This document shows positions 37,300 through 47,195 of a DNA stretch of 64,000 bases, piece after piece (within the stretch, counting starts at the first letter, position 1; every line of letters starts with the position of its first letter). The position numbers were made by a program, and so were the translations under genes. Source of the stretch: Candidatus Omnitrophota bacterium (GTDB taxonomy: Bacteria; Omnitrophota; JACPQZ01); contig JACPQZ010000038.1 in the NCBI GenBank assembly GCA_016190205.1, positions 4,005 to 68,004 on the forward strand, written 5' to 3'. The notes under the pieces are model-generated. The model saw only the letters and a list, made by a program, of their open reading frames with translations. It was not told where the DNA came from and ran no database searches.

Positions 37300-37928
37300 G
37301 CCCCATCCTCCATTTTGAGCCGGAGGGTGCCCCCGGCAGCTGAAACCTTGTCGGGAACCTCATACCTTCTAGGTTGTCCCAACTGACCGGCCAGCGTATT
37401 TATCTCCATTTTGAGCTTGATCATCTCCATCTCCCGGTCTACGGTCACGCGGAAAAACCGCTCCAGCCTCTTTTGTTTCTCTTCTAAATCGGAATATGCC
37501 GTATCGAGCTCTTCGGCCCGCTCCTTTTCTTCCTGCGCGCCCTGTAACGCCTTTTGGGTCAAGGCCTTTTCTCTTTCCAGAAGACCCTTAAGATCGGCCG
37601 CCATTTTGTTAAATGACATGGCGAGCTGCCCCACCTCATCACGCGAGACGACCACAATCCTCGTGTTGAGATCTCCCCTCCCGACCGCCTGCGCGGCATC
37701 CCGAAGTCTCCTGATGGAAGATGTCAGTGACCGCGCCAGAAAGTCTCCGACCGAAATGACTATGGCAAAAACTATGGTTGCATAGCCGATCATAACCGTC
37801 AGTTTATAGGGGAGTTCTGTGATCCGGATGACGATGGCAATTCCCAGCACCGCCAGGCCTATAATGAGCGCGGAAAGCAATACAAAGACTGCGGCGAGCC
37901 TCGATCTGATGCTCCGGAACATGCCCAT
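37296..37928 (-). CDS. Membrane HAMP-domain protein with a coiled coil and no output domain
   Basis: Two TM helices followed by a HAMP signature (AQAVGRGDLNTRIVVVSRDEVGQLAMSFNKMAADL). Confidence 0.5.
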   Translation of the reverse strand: MGMFRSIRSRLAAVFVLLSALIIGLAVLGIAIVIRITELPYKLTVMIGYATIVFAIVISVGDFLARSLTSSIRRLRDAAQAVGRGDLNTRIVVVSRDEVGQLAMSFNKMAADLKGLLEREKALTQKALQGAQEEKERAEELDTAYSDLEEKQKRLERFFRVTVDREMEMIKLKMEINTLAGQLGQPRRYEVPDKVSAAGGTLRLKMEDGA

Positions 37929-38151
37929 TACTTTAGCACGGGGAGAGGCTCCTTACAACCACCGGCGCCCTGAGGTCGGCACAGGCAAATAAAAAGCGAT
38001 GGGGGCCTTCGAACGGCCCCCATCGCCTGCCCCTTGCGCCGCCAGATCTCTTGGTTTTTACGGCTTCTCCGGGACAGTATCTTTTTCTATGGTAATGGTC
38101 TCGGTGATGTTCTTGCCGTCTTCCTTGCGGTACCAGATCGTTTGCTTTTGA

Positions 38152-38475
38152 TCAATAATATTTCCAAAAATTATTGGCTTCCTGGTTCCCACGGCCTCCT
38201 TCCTCAAACACGCGGGGGTTAAGCTGCGATTCGCCCGGCTCTTTCCCGTACGCTCCCTCCGAAGCAAATTGCGCTCGATAAAATTCGAGTCTCTTGTTCG
38301 TCAACTGCACGTCGGGAAGATCAAAAAGACGCTCGCTCGTATGATCAATGGAGTAGGCCTCTTGAGCAGATCCATTTGCATTCTTCACAACGACACCGAT
38401 CGGCCAGCACAAAACGGCCGCCAGCGCACACAACAAAAGACAAACCGCCCTTATTCCAAACACTTTTTCGGTCAT
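38152..38475 (-). CDS. Small secreted/periplasmic hypothetical protein
   Basis: Signal-peptide-like N-terminus MTEKVFGIRAVCLLLCALAAVLC. Located between the HAMP protein and the next sensor kinase. Confidence 0.3.
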   Translation of the reverse strand: MTEKVFGIRAVCLLLCALAAVLCWPIGVVVKNANGSAQEAYSIDHTSERLFDLPDVQLTNKRLEFYRAQFASEGAYGKEPGESQLNPRVFEEGGRGNQEANNFWKYY

Positions 38476-38589
38476 GGACATCACCTCCATGACTGAAGAG
38501 TAGCAAAATCACCATGACAGGAACATGAACTTAAAATTACAATTTGTCCATGGAGTGTCTGGGGGGTTTGGATCTTACGAGGGACGTTT

Positions 38590-40110
38590 TTAAGAGCGGT
38601 CCAGACGTGGAAGCCAAACGGTACAGAGGGTCCCCTGGCCGGCGTGGCTCGTCACATCCATACGGCCGCGGTGAACTTCGGTAATCCACCTGCACAGCCC
38701 AAGTCCAATGCCCGTCGCATCTTTGGGCGCATCGCTGCGCGGGCTTGTGATGCCGTTGAAGATGTGCGCCAGCTTTGACTCTGGAATACCCGGTCCGCTG
38801 TCTTGAACGCGGAGCGAGACAATATCTTCTTGTGCCTCTACCTTGATCGTGATGGTTCCATGAGGAGGTGTGTACCTTACAGCATTATCGACAAGATTAG
38901 ATATCAGACGGTTCAAGAGCTTCGCATCGCCCTCTACCCACGCCGCCCCGTCCGTCTCGACCTCCATTTGGACCTTCGCCTTGCGGGCGATGGGCATCCA
39001 GCGCTCCTTAAGCCGCTCCATCATGGTGGTAAGCTCGACGGGCTCCGTCCTCATCACCCCCTCGCTTCCATCTGTGCGCGCCAGGGTCAATAGCTCTCCC
39101 ACCACCTCCGTCATCTCCTCCACCGTGCCGAGCTGCAGGCGCAAAAGGTCCTGGTATTCCTTGGGGCTTCGCGGCGAGCGCAGGGCGAGCTCCACCTCGC
39201 CCCTCATGACCGTGAGCGGGGTCCTTAGCTCATGAGAGGCGGCGGCGCTGAACCGCCTTATTCTCTCAAAGGAATTTTCAATGCGCGAAAGAAGGCCGTT
39301 GAAGGTCACGGCGAGCCGCTCCAATTCGTCCCCGGTCTTCGGCACATCAATGCGGTCAAAAAGACTCTCCGCGCTGATGCGTTGGGCCTGCCGGATCATG
39401 CGGTTTATGGGATGAAGGGCGGTTGAGGCCACGAGCCACCCCACGAGAACAGCGATGGCAAGCGCAGGCGGCACGAGCAGAAAGAGCCAGAGACGTAATT
39501 CCCTGCGCGCAGCATCCACCCGATTGAGCAAGCCGCCCGTTTGTATGTAATAAAGCCCCTCGCCGTCTTCTACCGCCGGATGGGTTAGAAACCGAATGCG
39601 GCTCTCTGCTGTCTTGTGCGTACGGTGAACCGGGTGACGTGAGGCCTCATCCGCCGTCACGAGTTCCGGAGTAAGCGACTCAAGTCCCTCAAATCCCCAG
39701 GACGCCGCCAGGACATTACCCCCATGGTCCAGAATGCGGAAGGGGCGTGCCGTTTCAAGCATGCGCGTCGCTTGCGCCCAGGCCGCGATTACTTCGGAGA
39801 GCTTCCCCTCGCGGACGGCAGCCTTGAGCGGCTGTTGGGGCGACTCCATCCAGTTCCCCAACTCGCTCTCGCCTCTCCAGTAAGCGCTGATTGCGCTTTC
39901 GACTCCCTCGGCATGCGATCTAAGTGTCTGGTCGAGCTGCCGCCCCATCCCCGTAGACAATATGGAATAGAGAATGACGGTAAAGATAGCCAGGACACAA
40001 GCCCAGACGCCCACGTACCACAAGGTGAGAGAAAGCCGTATGGAGGTTTTGTGGCGCCTGAACTTCCCCAGCCGGCTCCTATGGGGCGCCTGGGCGGTCG
40101 ACATGCTCAT
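38590..40110 (-). CDS. Sensor histidine kinase (periplasmic sensor, HAMP, HisKA, HATPase_c)
   Basis: Two TM helices flank a periplasmic domain. H-box AAASHELRTPLTVM. Overlaps the downstream response regulator. Confidence 0.8.
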   Translation of the reverse strand: MSMSTAQAPHRSRLGKFRRHKTSIRLSLTLWYVGVWACVLAIFTVILYSILSTGMGRQLDQTLRSHAEGVESAISAYWRGESELGNWMESPQQPLKAAVREGKLSEVIAAWAQATRMLETARPFRILDHGGNVLAASWGFEGLESLTPELVTADEASRHPVHRTHKTAESRIRFLTHPAVEDGEGLYYIQTGGLLNRVDAARRELRLWLFLLVPPALAIAVLVGWLVASTALHPINRMIRQAQRISAESLFDRIDVPKTGDELERLAVTFNGLLSRIENSFERIRRFSAAASHELRTPLTVMRGEVELALRSPRSPKEYQDLLRLQLGTVEEMTEVVGELLTLARTDGSEGVMRTEPVELTTMMERLKERWMPIARKAKVQMEVETDGAAWVEGDAKLLNRLISNLVDNAVRYTPPHGTITIKVEAQEDIVSLRVQDSGPGIPESKLAHIFNGITSPRSDAPKDATGIGLGLCRWITEVHRGRMDVTSHAGQGTLCTVWLPRLDRS

Positions 40111-40810
40111 CCGTACCTTCTAAAATGTAACCACTCCCTCTCACCGTCCGGATCAGGCCGTCCCCGGAATCACCTCCCAGCTTCTTCCGAAGCCGGGCGA
40201 TCAAGACGTCGATCACGTTTGACATGGAATCAAAGTCATGCTCCCAGACGTGCTCAGACAGCATCGTCCTCGTTACAACTTTCCCCTGGTTACGGACGAG
40301 AAACTCGAGCACCGAGTACTCTCGTGTCGTCAACTGGACCATCTGCCCGGCGTGCGTGACGCTGTGCTTTGAGGTGTCCATTTCCAAACCCCCCGCCCGG
40401 AGGACCAAGGGGTACAACTCACCCTGTCTCCGCAAAAGCGCCCGCAGGCGCGCGAGGAGCTCTTCGAATTTAAACGGTTTGACTAAATAATCATCTGCCC
40501 CTTTATTGAGCGCTTCCACCTTGTCCTTTAGATCATCCTTTGCGGTCAGGACCAAGACAGGCACCTTATTTTGATGAGCACGGAGGTGTGTCAAGACCTC
40601 GATCCCATCCCGCTTGGGCAGGCGCAGGTCCAAGACCATGGCGTCGTATTCCCCGGTCTCCGCCATAAACAGGGCCTCTTCGCCGTCCTGGGCCACATCC
40701 ACGGTAAATTGCTCCTCCCGCAGGCCCCGGCGTACAAACTGCGCTACTCGCGGTTCATCTTCGACCAAGAGAACACGCACCGTCAAACCCTCCACACGCT
40801 CGTCTTTCAA
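40079..40810 (-). CDS. OmpR-family response regulator
   Basis: Receiver domain (VLLVEDEPRV...D...LDLRLP) plus winged-helix DNA-binding domain. Confidence 0.85.
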   Translation of the reverse strand: MKDERVEGLTVRVLLVEDEPRVAQFVRRGLREEQFTVDVAQDGEEALFMAETGEYDAMVLDLRLPKRDGIEVLTHLRAHQNKVPVLVLTAKDDLKDKVEALNKGADDYLVKPFKFEELLARLRALLRRQGELYPLVLRAGGLEMDTSKHSVTHAGQMVQLTTREYSVLEFLVRNQGKVVTRTMLSEHVWEHDFDSMSNVIDVLIARLRKKLGGDSGDGLIRTVRGSGYILEGTDEHVDRPGAP

Positions 40811-40993
40811 GTATTATATTCCTCAAGCCGCCCCAAAAAAAGGGCCGTTGAAGCACCCACTTCAACGGCCCCTTCAGCGTCCTTACGGGGGGGAGACCCC
40901 GCTTTTTAATCCCCGGGCCGACCTGCCCCACGAGGTCCTGCGCCGGGGAATCTTTTTTCTCCGGTTTCCCCTTAAGGAGACGCCTTAATAACG

Positions 40994-41563
40994 TCAAAAC
41001 CGGAGGCCGACCGACACCCCCGGCATTACATCTGCATCCGCCCCGCGCCCATTTTTAAGGTCTGTAAAATTCACCGTGAGCCGCGTATCCAGGCTTGTGT
41101 TCGGTGAGATGGCATGATCATATCCGAACCCGACCGGAATAAGCCATGAGGTATCGGAATCACGGAAGTCGGAATGGACAAACCCGGCGCCCGCATGGAG
41201 GTACACCCTCCCGACCCCTTCCGTCTCGGGGAGATCCATCCAATATTTTCCCTGGCCCGAGAGCCCGAAGAGCGCCATGTCATCTGAAAAGCCCAGCTGT
41301 GCCATGGGGCCGAATGACACCCGATCGCTCACGAAACGGTCCAGAGAGGCATTGAGCGTAAAGGCCGTGTCATCGGGTGTGCTGGCAAGAAATCCGGGCC
41401 CAAAGCCGAAGGACCATTCGTTTTCTGATGGAGCGTGTACCTGTGTTACAGCACCTTCGTTGTACGCCGAGGTGGCCGTCGCCCCCTGCGCCCAAGAGGG
41501 TTGCGGTACGAAACAGATGGCTGCAAATCCCCACACGAACCACTGGTGCAACTGTCTCATCAT
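40994..41563 (-). CDS. Small outer-membrane beta-barrel protein (OmpW/OmpA-TM-like)
   Basis: Likely start is MMRQLHQWFVWGFAAICF (signal peptide). Ends ...GVSVGLRF. Alternating hydrophobic strands. Confidence 0.45.
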   Translation of the reverse strand: MMRQLHQWFVWGFAAICFVPQPSWAQGATATSAYNEGAVTQVHAPSENEWSFGFGPGFLASTPDDTAFTLNASLDRFVSDRVSFGPMAQLGFSDDMALFGLSGQGKYWMDLPETEGVGRVYLHAGAGFVHSDFRDSDTSWLIPVGFGYDHAISPNTSLDTRLTVNFTDLKNGRGADADVMPGVSVGLRF

Positions 41564-41661
41564 GTGAGCTCCCTCCAGCTTTACACCCGAAAGTCTACCA
41601 CCCGGCAGGTGACACAAAGATGACAATTACATTAAAAATCTGTCATGTTTCAGGCAGGGGA

Positions 41662-42438
41662 TCAACGCTCGTGCAGTTCGAAGGCGCGCAGCGCTGTGAC
41701 GAAATTGCCGTAATGGGCGGGGTCTTTGACAAACCCGTCCGCGCCGCTCTTGAGGGACCTGACCTCATAATCAAAACCGGAATAGGAATACACGAGGACT
41801 GGAACACGTGTCGTGATCGCCCGGTCCGAAAGCGCGGTGGACAATACCTCCTTTACCCTACGGACTGCCTCCTCTCCCGGCAGTTCCTTCTGAACATATT
41901 CCATGAGGATATAGTTGGGGAGTTCTTTTCTCAGGGCCCCCTCCAGCTTGCTTATATCCTCTATCAAAACCACCTGATAACGCTCCTCTTTGAGACAGTC
42001 CATAAGCCCTTGACAGTGGGGATTGGATTTTAAGTCCAGCAAAAACACGACCTGCGCCTCGATCTGCTCCCAAATGAGCCTCATCTTGAGCAAAAGCTCA
42101 TCCATCTCGAAGGGCTTCGCGAGAAAGGCATCCGCGTCCACGTCTTGAAACGTGCGGCGCAAATCCTCCCGCGCCGTCATGATGATGACGGGGTAACGGG
42201 GCCGGGCATGCTCCGTGCAGAGTTTTGTGTAGACAGATATCCCGCTCTCTTCCGGCATGGTGAGGTCGAGCAAAATCATATCGGGCGCAATAGTATCCAC
42301 CGCCTCAAGCGCAGTTTTTCCATCATGGGCGGTGAAGACATCGTAGCCCTCAAGCTCCAGGTTTCTCTTTAAAAGAGCGACCAGATCCTTTTCGTCATCT
42401 ACCACCAGGATCTTGCGGGGACTGGCTTGAATTTTCAT
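41662..42438 (-). CDS. Response-regulator receiver protein (tandem or degenerate second receiver)
   Basis: KILVVDDEKDLVALLKRNLE...DMILLDLTMP receiver signature. Start chosen at the ATG at 42438. Confidence 0.6.
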   Translation of the reverse strand: MKIQASPRKILVVDDEKDLVALLKRNLELEGYDVFTAHDGKTALEAVDTIAPDMILLDLTMPEESGISVYTKLCTEHARPRYPVIIMTAREDLRRTFQDVDADAFLAKPFEMDELLLKMRLIWEQIEAQVVFLLDLKSNPHCQGLMDCLKEERYQVVLIEDISKLEGALRKELPNYILMEYVQKELPGEEAVRRVKEVLSTALSDRAITTRVPVLVYSYSGFDYEVRSLKSGADGFVKDPAHYGNFVTALRAFELHER

Positions 42439-43148
42439 TGCATCATCTCCTGACAATAACTGAAGGCCTTCCCGGCTAAGAAACCGATCCCAGCCGAGCC
42501 CACGGCCACCGCAAAGAACTGTAAGCCCGATAGGAAAGCGGGGCGCCTGGCTACAAGCCCCTTCCAATAGCCCACCCCGAAAAGCACGAGGGAGGAGAGG
42601 AGGCAGGAGGAAGGAAGCGCGCCCCCTCCTTCCATGAAGAGATACGGAAGAAGCGGGATGCCTCCCCCGATTACAAATGACATATACATGACTGCGGCCG
42701 CCTTGATAGGATCCCGGATCTCGGCCGTGCCCAACCCCAGCACCTTCTCCTGAAAAGTGCGCAGGAACACCCGCTTTTCGTGCGCGAGGAGTTTGACCAG
42801 ACGATAGGCCGCCTCTCTGGAAAGCCCCTCTCCGGCCAAGGCCTCCAAAAGGCCCTCCCTGGCCTCGTGAGGTTCCTCAACCGCGAAGGCCTCCTGGTCT
42901 TTAAGCTCCTTGTCGAAAATCTCCTTTTCGGCATGCGTAGACAGATAAGAGCCCGTGGCCATGGAGAGCGCTCCCGTCACGACCGCAGCAAGCCCAGTCA
43001 AAATCACCGCCGGCCGGCTCCCGGTCGCCGACTGAATGCCGGTCAAGAGTCCCACCGTGCTGATGAGACCATCCTGGATCCCGAACACGAACTCGCGTAT
43101 CCGCCCGAGCGACGCTACCCGGGCCTTTTTCTTGTCAAGTGCTTCCAT
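42435..43148 (-). CDS. VIT1/CCC1-family iron/manganese transporter
   Basis: IREFVFGIQDGLISTVGLLTGI... plus C-terminal TM helices typical of the VIT family. Confidence 0.7.
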   Translation of the reverse strand: MEALDKKKARVASLGRIREFVFGIQDGLISTVGLLTGIQSATGSRPAVILTGLAAVVTGALSMATGSYLSTHAEKEIFDKELKDQEAFAVEEPHEAREGLLEALAGEGLSREAAYRLVKLLAHEKRVFLRTFQEKVLGLGTAEIRDPIKAAAVMYMSFVIGGGIPLLPYLFMEGGGALPSSCLLSSLVLFGVGYWKGLVARRPAFLSGLQFFAVAVGSAGIGFLAGKAFSYCQEMMQ

Positions 43149-43153
43149 GGGCT

Positions 43154-43681
43154 CTAGTATTTAAACTCCGGGTCTCCCGTTTCCTCACCGGGTCTCCAGT
43201 CAGCCGGGCAGAGCCTTTGGGTCTTAAGGGCCTTCAAGACGCGCAGGGTTTCCTCCACGCTGCGGCCCACGTTCATATGGCTCATCACAGAATAGGCAAC
43301 GGTCCCCGCGGGGTCTATGACAAAGGTGGCGCGCAGGGGAAGATTTGACGCCGCATCCAAAACGCCGTAGCTTTTTGCAAGCGCGCGGTCAGGGTCGCTT
43401 AAGAGCAGGTATGAGATGCCGCCCAGCTCCTCCGCCCAGGCGGCATGGGTTTCGAGGGAATCGGCGCTCGCGCCCAAAAGGACTGCCCCCTCATTCCGGA
43501 AGGCCGCCGCCGCCTTTTCAAAGCCGATGACCTCGGTCGGGCAGATGAAAGTGAAATCCTTCGGATAAAAAAACAGAACCGCCCATTTCCCCTTCAGTTG
43601 ACTTAAAGAGACGCGTATTTTGTTCCGTTTCTCGATCGCGCCGAGAGAAAAGGGCGGGGCAGGCTGGTTGACTGACAGCAT
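43154..43681 (-). CDS. Peroxiredoxin (AhpC/TSA family, 2-Cys type)
   Basis: YPKDFTFICPTEV peroxidatic-Cys motif. Likely start is the ATG at 43681 (MLSVNQPAPPF...). Confidence 0.8.
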   Translation of the reverse strand: MLSVNQPAPPFSLGAIEKRNKIRVSLSQLKGKWAVLFFYPKDFTFICPTEVIGFEKAAAAFRNEGAVLLGASADSLETHAAWAEELGGISYLLLSDPDRALAKSYGVLDAASNLPLRATFVIDPAGTVAYSVMSHMNVGRSVEETLRVLKALKTQRLCPADWRPGEETGDPEFKY

Positions 43682-43695
43682 GTGCCAATTGTACA
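43681..43695. promoter_or_regulatory. Shared motif TGTGCCAATTGT(A/G)CA (copy 2), upstream of the peroxiredoxin / AOX-like divergent pair
   Basis: 12-nt exact match with 33551-33562 (TGTGCCAATTGT), extended by (A/G)CA. The central CAATTG is a palindrome. Confidence 0.3.
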
Positions 43696-43735
43696 CGTAA
43701 ACCCGCTTGGGCTTCCATGATAAAATAGACTTGCC

Positions 43736-44410
43736 ATGAACCCTGACGAGACTGAACCCCTCACCGGCAGCGGGGACCTAAAGCGCGAGGCGGAAAAAAC
43801 CCTGGGCTCGGCCCGGCGCCGCTATGGGCTCCTCGCCCGGATGCTCTTTGTGACCCTGGACCTCGTCTACGGCCGCAAGAGGACGCTCTCGAAATTTAAA
43901 GTCCTCGAGGTCATCGCCAGGGTCCCCTACCAGGCCTGGGAGCACGTGGCCTACATCGCCGTGACCCACACCTACCGCTGGCCGGATTTCGCCCGCCGGA
44001 TCTTTGACTTTGTCAAAGAATCCCGGGCCCAGCAGGACAATGAGCAGTGGCACCTCCTCATCCTGGAAGAGCTCGTGCAGAAGAAAGGAATCCGGGAGGG
44101 CTTCTTCCGGCACCGGCTCTTGCCACAGTTCATCGCGTTTTTCTTTTACCACACGAGCTGGCTCCTGTACGTCATCAGGCCCGCCTTAAGCTACTCTTTG
44201 AATGCGGACTTCGAAGACCACGCCGAGCACGAATACATGGAGTTTGCGAAAGAGAACCCCAGTTTTGAGCACGAACCTTTCGACAGTACATTCAGGGAAA
44301 ACTACGCCCGGCTCTCGAACCTGGCGGATTTATTCAGGCGGATAGGGCTGGATGAGCGGATGCATAAGGAGGAAAGCTTAAATCGCATTGAAAAGGCGCG
44401 GTTCTCGTAG
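43736..44410 (+). CDS. Alternative-oxidase (AOX/PTOX) family di-iron carboxylate protein
   Basis: Four motif regions align with the AOX iron-binding helices: LEVIARVPYQAW (LETVAGVP), DNEQWHLLILEEL (ENERMHLLTF), FEDHAEHEYMEF (LEEEAxHxYTxF), GLDERMHKEES (RADEAxHR). Confidence 0.5.
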   Translation: MNPDETEPLTGSGDLKREAEKTLGSARRRYGLLARMLFVTLDLVYGRKRTLSKFKVLEVIARVPYQAWEHVAYIAVTHTYRWPDFARRIFDFVKESRAQQDNEQWHLLILEELVQKKGIREGFFRHRLLPQFIAFFFYHTSWLLYVIRPALSYSLNADFEDHAEHEYMEFAKENPSFEHEPFDSTFRENYARLSNLADLFRRIGLDERMHKEESLNRIEKARFS

Positions 44411-44420
44411 CTCGTTCTCA

Positions 44421-45446
44421 ATGAAAGCCACCAGTCGGATTTACCGGCTTGCGGCGGCCGTTCTAAGTGCATTCGTCATCGCTTCACAAATTGAGGGACC
44501 GCTGGCGTCCCCGGTTGAGGAGAAAGGAAACGACATGGAGATGTACAAAGTAATCCCCGATTCGGCTTCTATCATTCTGCGCGCGACGCACATCCTCTTG
44601 GTGCGTGTTGAGGAAGTTAAGAAGGGGCCTCCCGCCCGCGAAGCTGACGCAGGTCTTGTGACGGAAAGGTTGCGCCTAAAGCTCGCGCTGGAAGAAACGC
44701 TTAAAGGAAGGACGACAGAACCCGGCGGAACTGTGTTGGATGTCGAGGTGCTTCAGCACAGTTTGCCCACAGGCCGGATCGCCGCGCTTCCAGGGGTGTG
44801 GTCGGGGTGGGACGTTAAGCCCGGCACCCGGCTCATCGCCTTTTGTGTGGGTGCGGAGCTATCGGCCGCCAAGCTACTCGCCGATCCCAATATCCAGAAG
44901 CTAAAGGGCGCCCAGGAAAGTCTCACCGGGGTGCGCCTTGCCCTTGGCGCCGAGGGCAAGAATTTAAGTCCAAACGCCCTTCTCGACGCCGCAGCCTCCG
45001 AATCCGCAGAGCTCGATGAACTCTTCGCCGACTACTTCTGGTGCCGTTTGGAAGCGCCGGCCCTCAAGGATTTCAAAACATTCGATGCCGTGGCGAATCT
45101 CATCGAGCGCCCTGACCTTTCCCCATCCTTCTGCGCCATGTTGCTCGATTCCGTCAACGCCTCGCTCGCCGCCTCGGACACGGTACCGGCGGGCCATGTC
45201 CACCGCCTGGCCGTTCTTTTCTTCCGCCTGTGCGCGCTTAAAACAGCTCGCGAAGTCCACGACGACATCGTGGGCACTTACCTACCGGCCCTCCTTCACC
45301 TGGAAGACCCCGACGAAACCCCGTTAAAGCCATCCGAAGTTTTTAAGGACTACCCCACTGACCGCCCGCGCGCCCTGAAGGCCCTGGCGGGCTACCGGGG
45401 CGATCAGGCCGACTATGCCGCACAGATAATTGATTGGCTGCGTTGA
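44421..45446 (+). CDS. Hypothetical secreted protein
   Basis: Signal-peptide-like start MKATSRIYRLAAAVLSAFVIAS; no recognisable domains. Confidence 0.3.
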   Translation: MKATSRIYRLAAAVLSAFVIASQIEGPLASPVEEKGNDMEMYKVIPDSASIILRATHILLVRVEEVKKGPPAREADAGLVTERLRLKLALEETLKGRTTEPGGTVLDVEVLQHSLPTGRIAALPGVWSGWDVKPGTRLIAFCVGAELSAAKLLADPNIQKLKGAQESLTGVRLALGAEGKNLSPNALLDAAASESAELDELFADYFWCRLEAPALKDFKTFDAVANLIERPDLSPSFCAMLLDSVNASLAASDTVPAGHVHRLAVLFFRLCALKTAREVHDDIVGTYLPALLHLEDPDETPLKPSEVFKDYPTDRPRALKALAGYRGDQADYAAQIIDWLR

Positions 45447-45510
45447 AGATAAGTACGTGCGCCCAGCCCTTCGACTTCGCTCGGGACGGGCGCCAACTCC
45501 TATAAGAACT

Positions 45511-45584
45511 TGCGCCCAGCAAGATTCGAACTTGCGGCCTTCTGATTCGTAGTCAGACGCTCTATCCAACTGAGCTATGGGCGC
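45511..45584 (-). tRNA. tRNA-Arg (anticodon ACG)
   Basis: Reverse complement GCGCCCATAGCTCAGTTGGATAGAGCGTCTGACTACGAATCAGAAGGCCGCAAGTTCGAATCTTGCTGGGCGCA folds as a cloverleaf (7-bp acceptor, anticodon loop CTACGAA, T-loop GTTCGAATC). Confidence 0.85.
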
Positions 45585-45610
45585 GGAAGGACGCTTGAGT
45601 ATAGCAAATT

Positions 45611-46282
45611 TCAATGAGTAGTTATAGATCTGCTTGCCAGATAGTTTAGGAATGATTCAAAGCCCCTCTTCTCATAATGCGCTCTGATTTCCTTCTCTAA
45701 AAGGCCCCCCAATGCAGCTTGGTAATCCCTCTTGGTGAATTGGTGAATGTGTGATATGAGGGCCTTCCTATCTTGATTCGACACCTCCGGCTTAATCCCT
45801 TTCTTAATAAGAAACTCGAGATCAAAATAGTCCCTCAGCTCGCTCCTTGTAAGAGCCGCCTCTACCTTTCGTCTGGCCATTTCTTCCAAGGATAAGGTTT
45901 TAACAAGGACTTGACGTGACCCGTATTTTGAAAAAGCGATTCTTTCTTCAATGCCCTGCTTGGCCATCTCCTTTCTGATTTCGATCTTCATCCTTCTATG
46001 ATACATGCCGGACCTGAACTCAAACAGCAGGGTAAATCGCTTGCTCTTGTGATCTGTCATTTCGTAGCGATTCGACAAAATGCGCAGCATTTTCTTGAAA
46101 AAGATGCCATACTCGAGCCTCTTTACAAACCAAAAATCTAAATCAACGGAATATCGAGGCAGCTCATGGCAGAGACGCAGCATCGTCCCGCCTCCAAAGA
46201 CAAGAGGTTTTAACGCCCCTTCGCTATGCAGGGCTTCCAAAACCTCCATCTCGAACAATTCGTGCCGGCTCAAATCTGCCAT
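45611..46282 (-). CDS. abiEii: Type IV toxin-antitoxin / abortive-infection toxin AbiEii (DUF1814 nucleotidyltransferase)
   Basis: LVFGGGTMLRLCHELPRYSVDLDFWF (GGTAL...R.S.DLDF NTase motif). C-terminal RDYFDLEFL. Confidence 0.7.
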   Translation of the reverse strand: MADLSRHELFEMEVLEALHSEGALKPLVFGGGTMLRLCHELPRYSVDLDFWFVKRLEYGIFFKKMLRILSNRYEMTDHKSKRFTLLFEFRSGMYHRRMKIEIRKEMAKQGIEERIAFSKYGSRQVLVKTLSLEEMARRKVEAALTRSELRDYFDLEFLIKKGIKPEVSNQDRKALISHIHQFTKRDYQAALGGLLEKEIRAHYEKRGFESFLNYLASRSITTH

Positions 46283-46761
46283 AGGGTTTTTAAGATCCTT
46301 CTCGTCGGCTCGGGAAAGCGTTTAGAAAAATCCTTGAGCAGCTTCACATCAAATTTCGCCTTATCTACGCTGCTGACATCCAGGCGGTACCTCCCGAGCG
46401 TCATGATATATAAGGCATCCAAAAGCGCCTTCTCCGGCCTCGCAATAAAATAGTTATTCCTCTTTACAAACCCGAAGTACAATTCCTTTGCCACCTTCGT
46501 GTACTCAAATTGCCGCGCAACGGTCACTACCTTTTTGGTTCTCTTGACAGCTATAGACTCGACAAAGTCTTGTTGAACCTGTGTCGTTGCTTCATAAAAA
46601 GCAAGGGCAGTGGTAAGAGATATGTACGAGGGGACCTGAAGTCTGTTCGCCAGCATGAACAGCTCATCATCCCTAGCGCGTTCCCACCGTCCGCTTAGGA
46701 CATAGACGTCTCTCATCGGCCGTATGAGCAGACCCTGCCGGACGTACCGCGAGCAGCTCAC
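46270..46761 (-). CDS. abiEi: AbiEi-family antitoxin/transcriptional regulator
   Basis: Overlaps abiEii by 13 nt. LIRPMRDVYVL...YISLTTALAFYEATTQ resembles AbiEi N- and C-terminal domains. Confidence 0.6.
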   Translation of the reverse strand: MSCSRYVRQGLLIRPMRDVYVLSGRWERARDDELFMLANRLQVPSYISLTTALAFYEATTQVQQDFVESIAVKRTKKVVTVARQFEYTKVAKELYFGFVKRNNYFIARPEKALLDALYIMTLGRYRLDVSSVDKAKFDVKLLKDFSKRFPEPTRRILKTLWQI

Positions 46762-46865
46762 CTTGGCCGAGGCCGCCTAAACCTCCAGGGCCCTCGCTGC
46801 GTCACGCACCGAGAAGTAAAAGGACTTTATGGCACTTAGCCGAGTTATTTTCATAGGTACAAATA

Positions 46866-46887
46866 GTTAACACTTTTGTTAACTAAT
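46866..46887. promoter_or_regulatory. Inverted repeat TAGTTAACA-cttt-TGTTAACTA upstream of abiEi (candidate autoregulatory operator)
   Basis: Read directly: perfect 9-bp arms in an AT-rich promoter region about 105 bp upstream of the abiEi start. Confidence 0.45.
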
Positions 46888-47195
46888 TATACTTAAAACC
46901 TTAAGGGGGGGTCAAGGGGACGCGTTAACTTATGGGGGTGAAAATTTTGCGTTGTTATAACCCTTATTCTTCCACGTGGTTAAATTTTTTGTATATTCTA
47001 TGTACATTTTCGTTTCCACGCTTTTTGTGTTATCCTTTGTGCATCCTGATTCTCATTCGATACTTAAGAGCCAAGTTTTAAGCGCGCTTTTCAAGGCTTA
47101 ACATTCCGTGTTAGGTTGCTCGAGCTCGCTCGGTGCGTTGCAAGACGGCTTAGGATTGAGGGTTTTTTATTCCTATAAGGAAGGGGGTGAAAGTT

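Noticed and set aside
45324-45614. 96-aa ORF on the minus strand
   Set aside because: It completely overlaps tRNA-Arg(ACG); the translation is the tRNA sequence itself.
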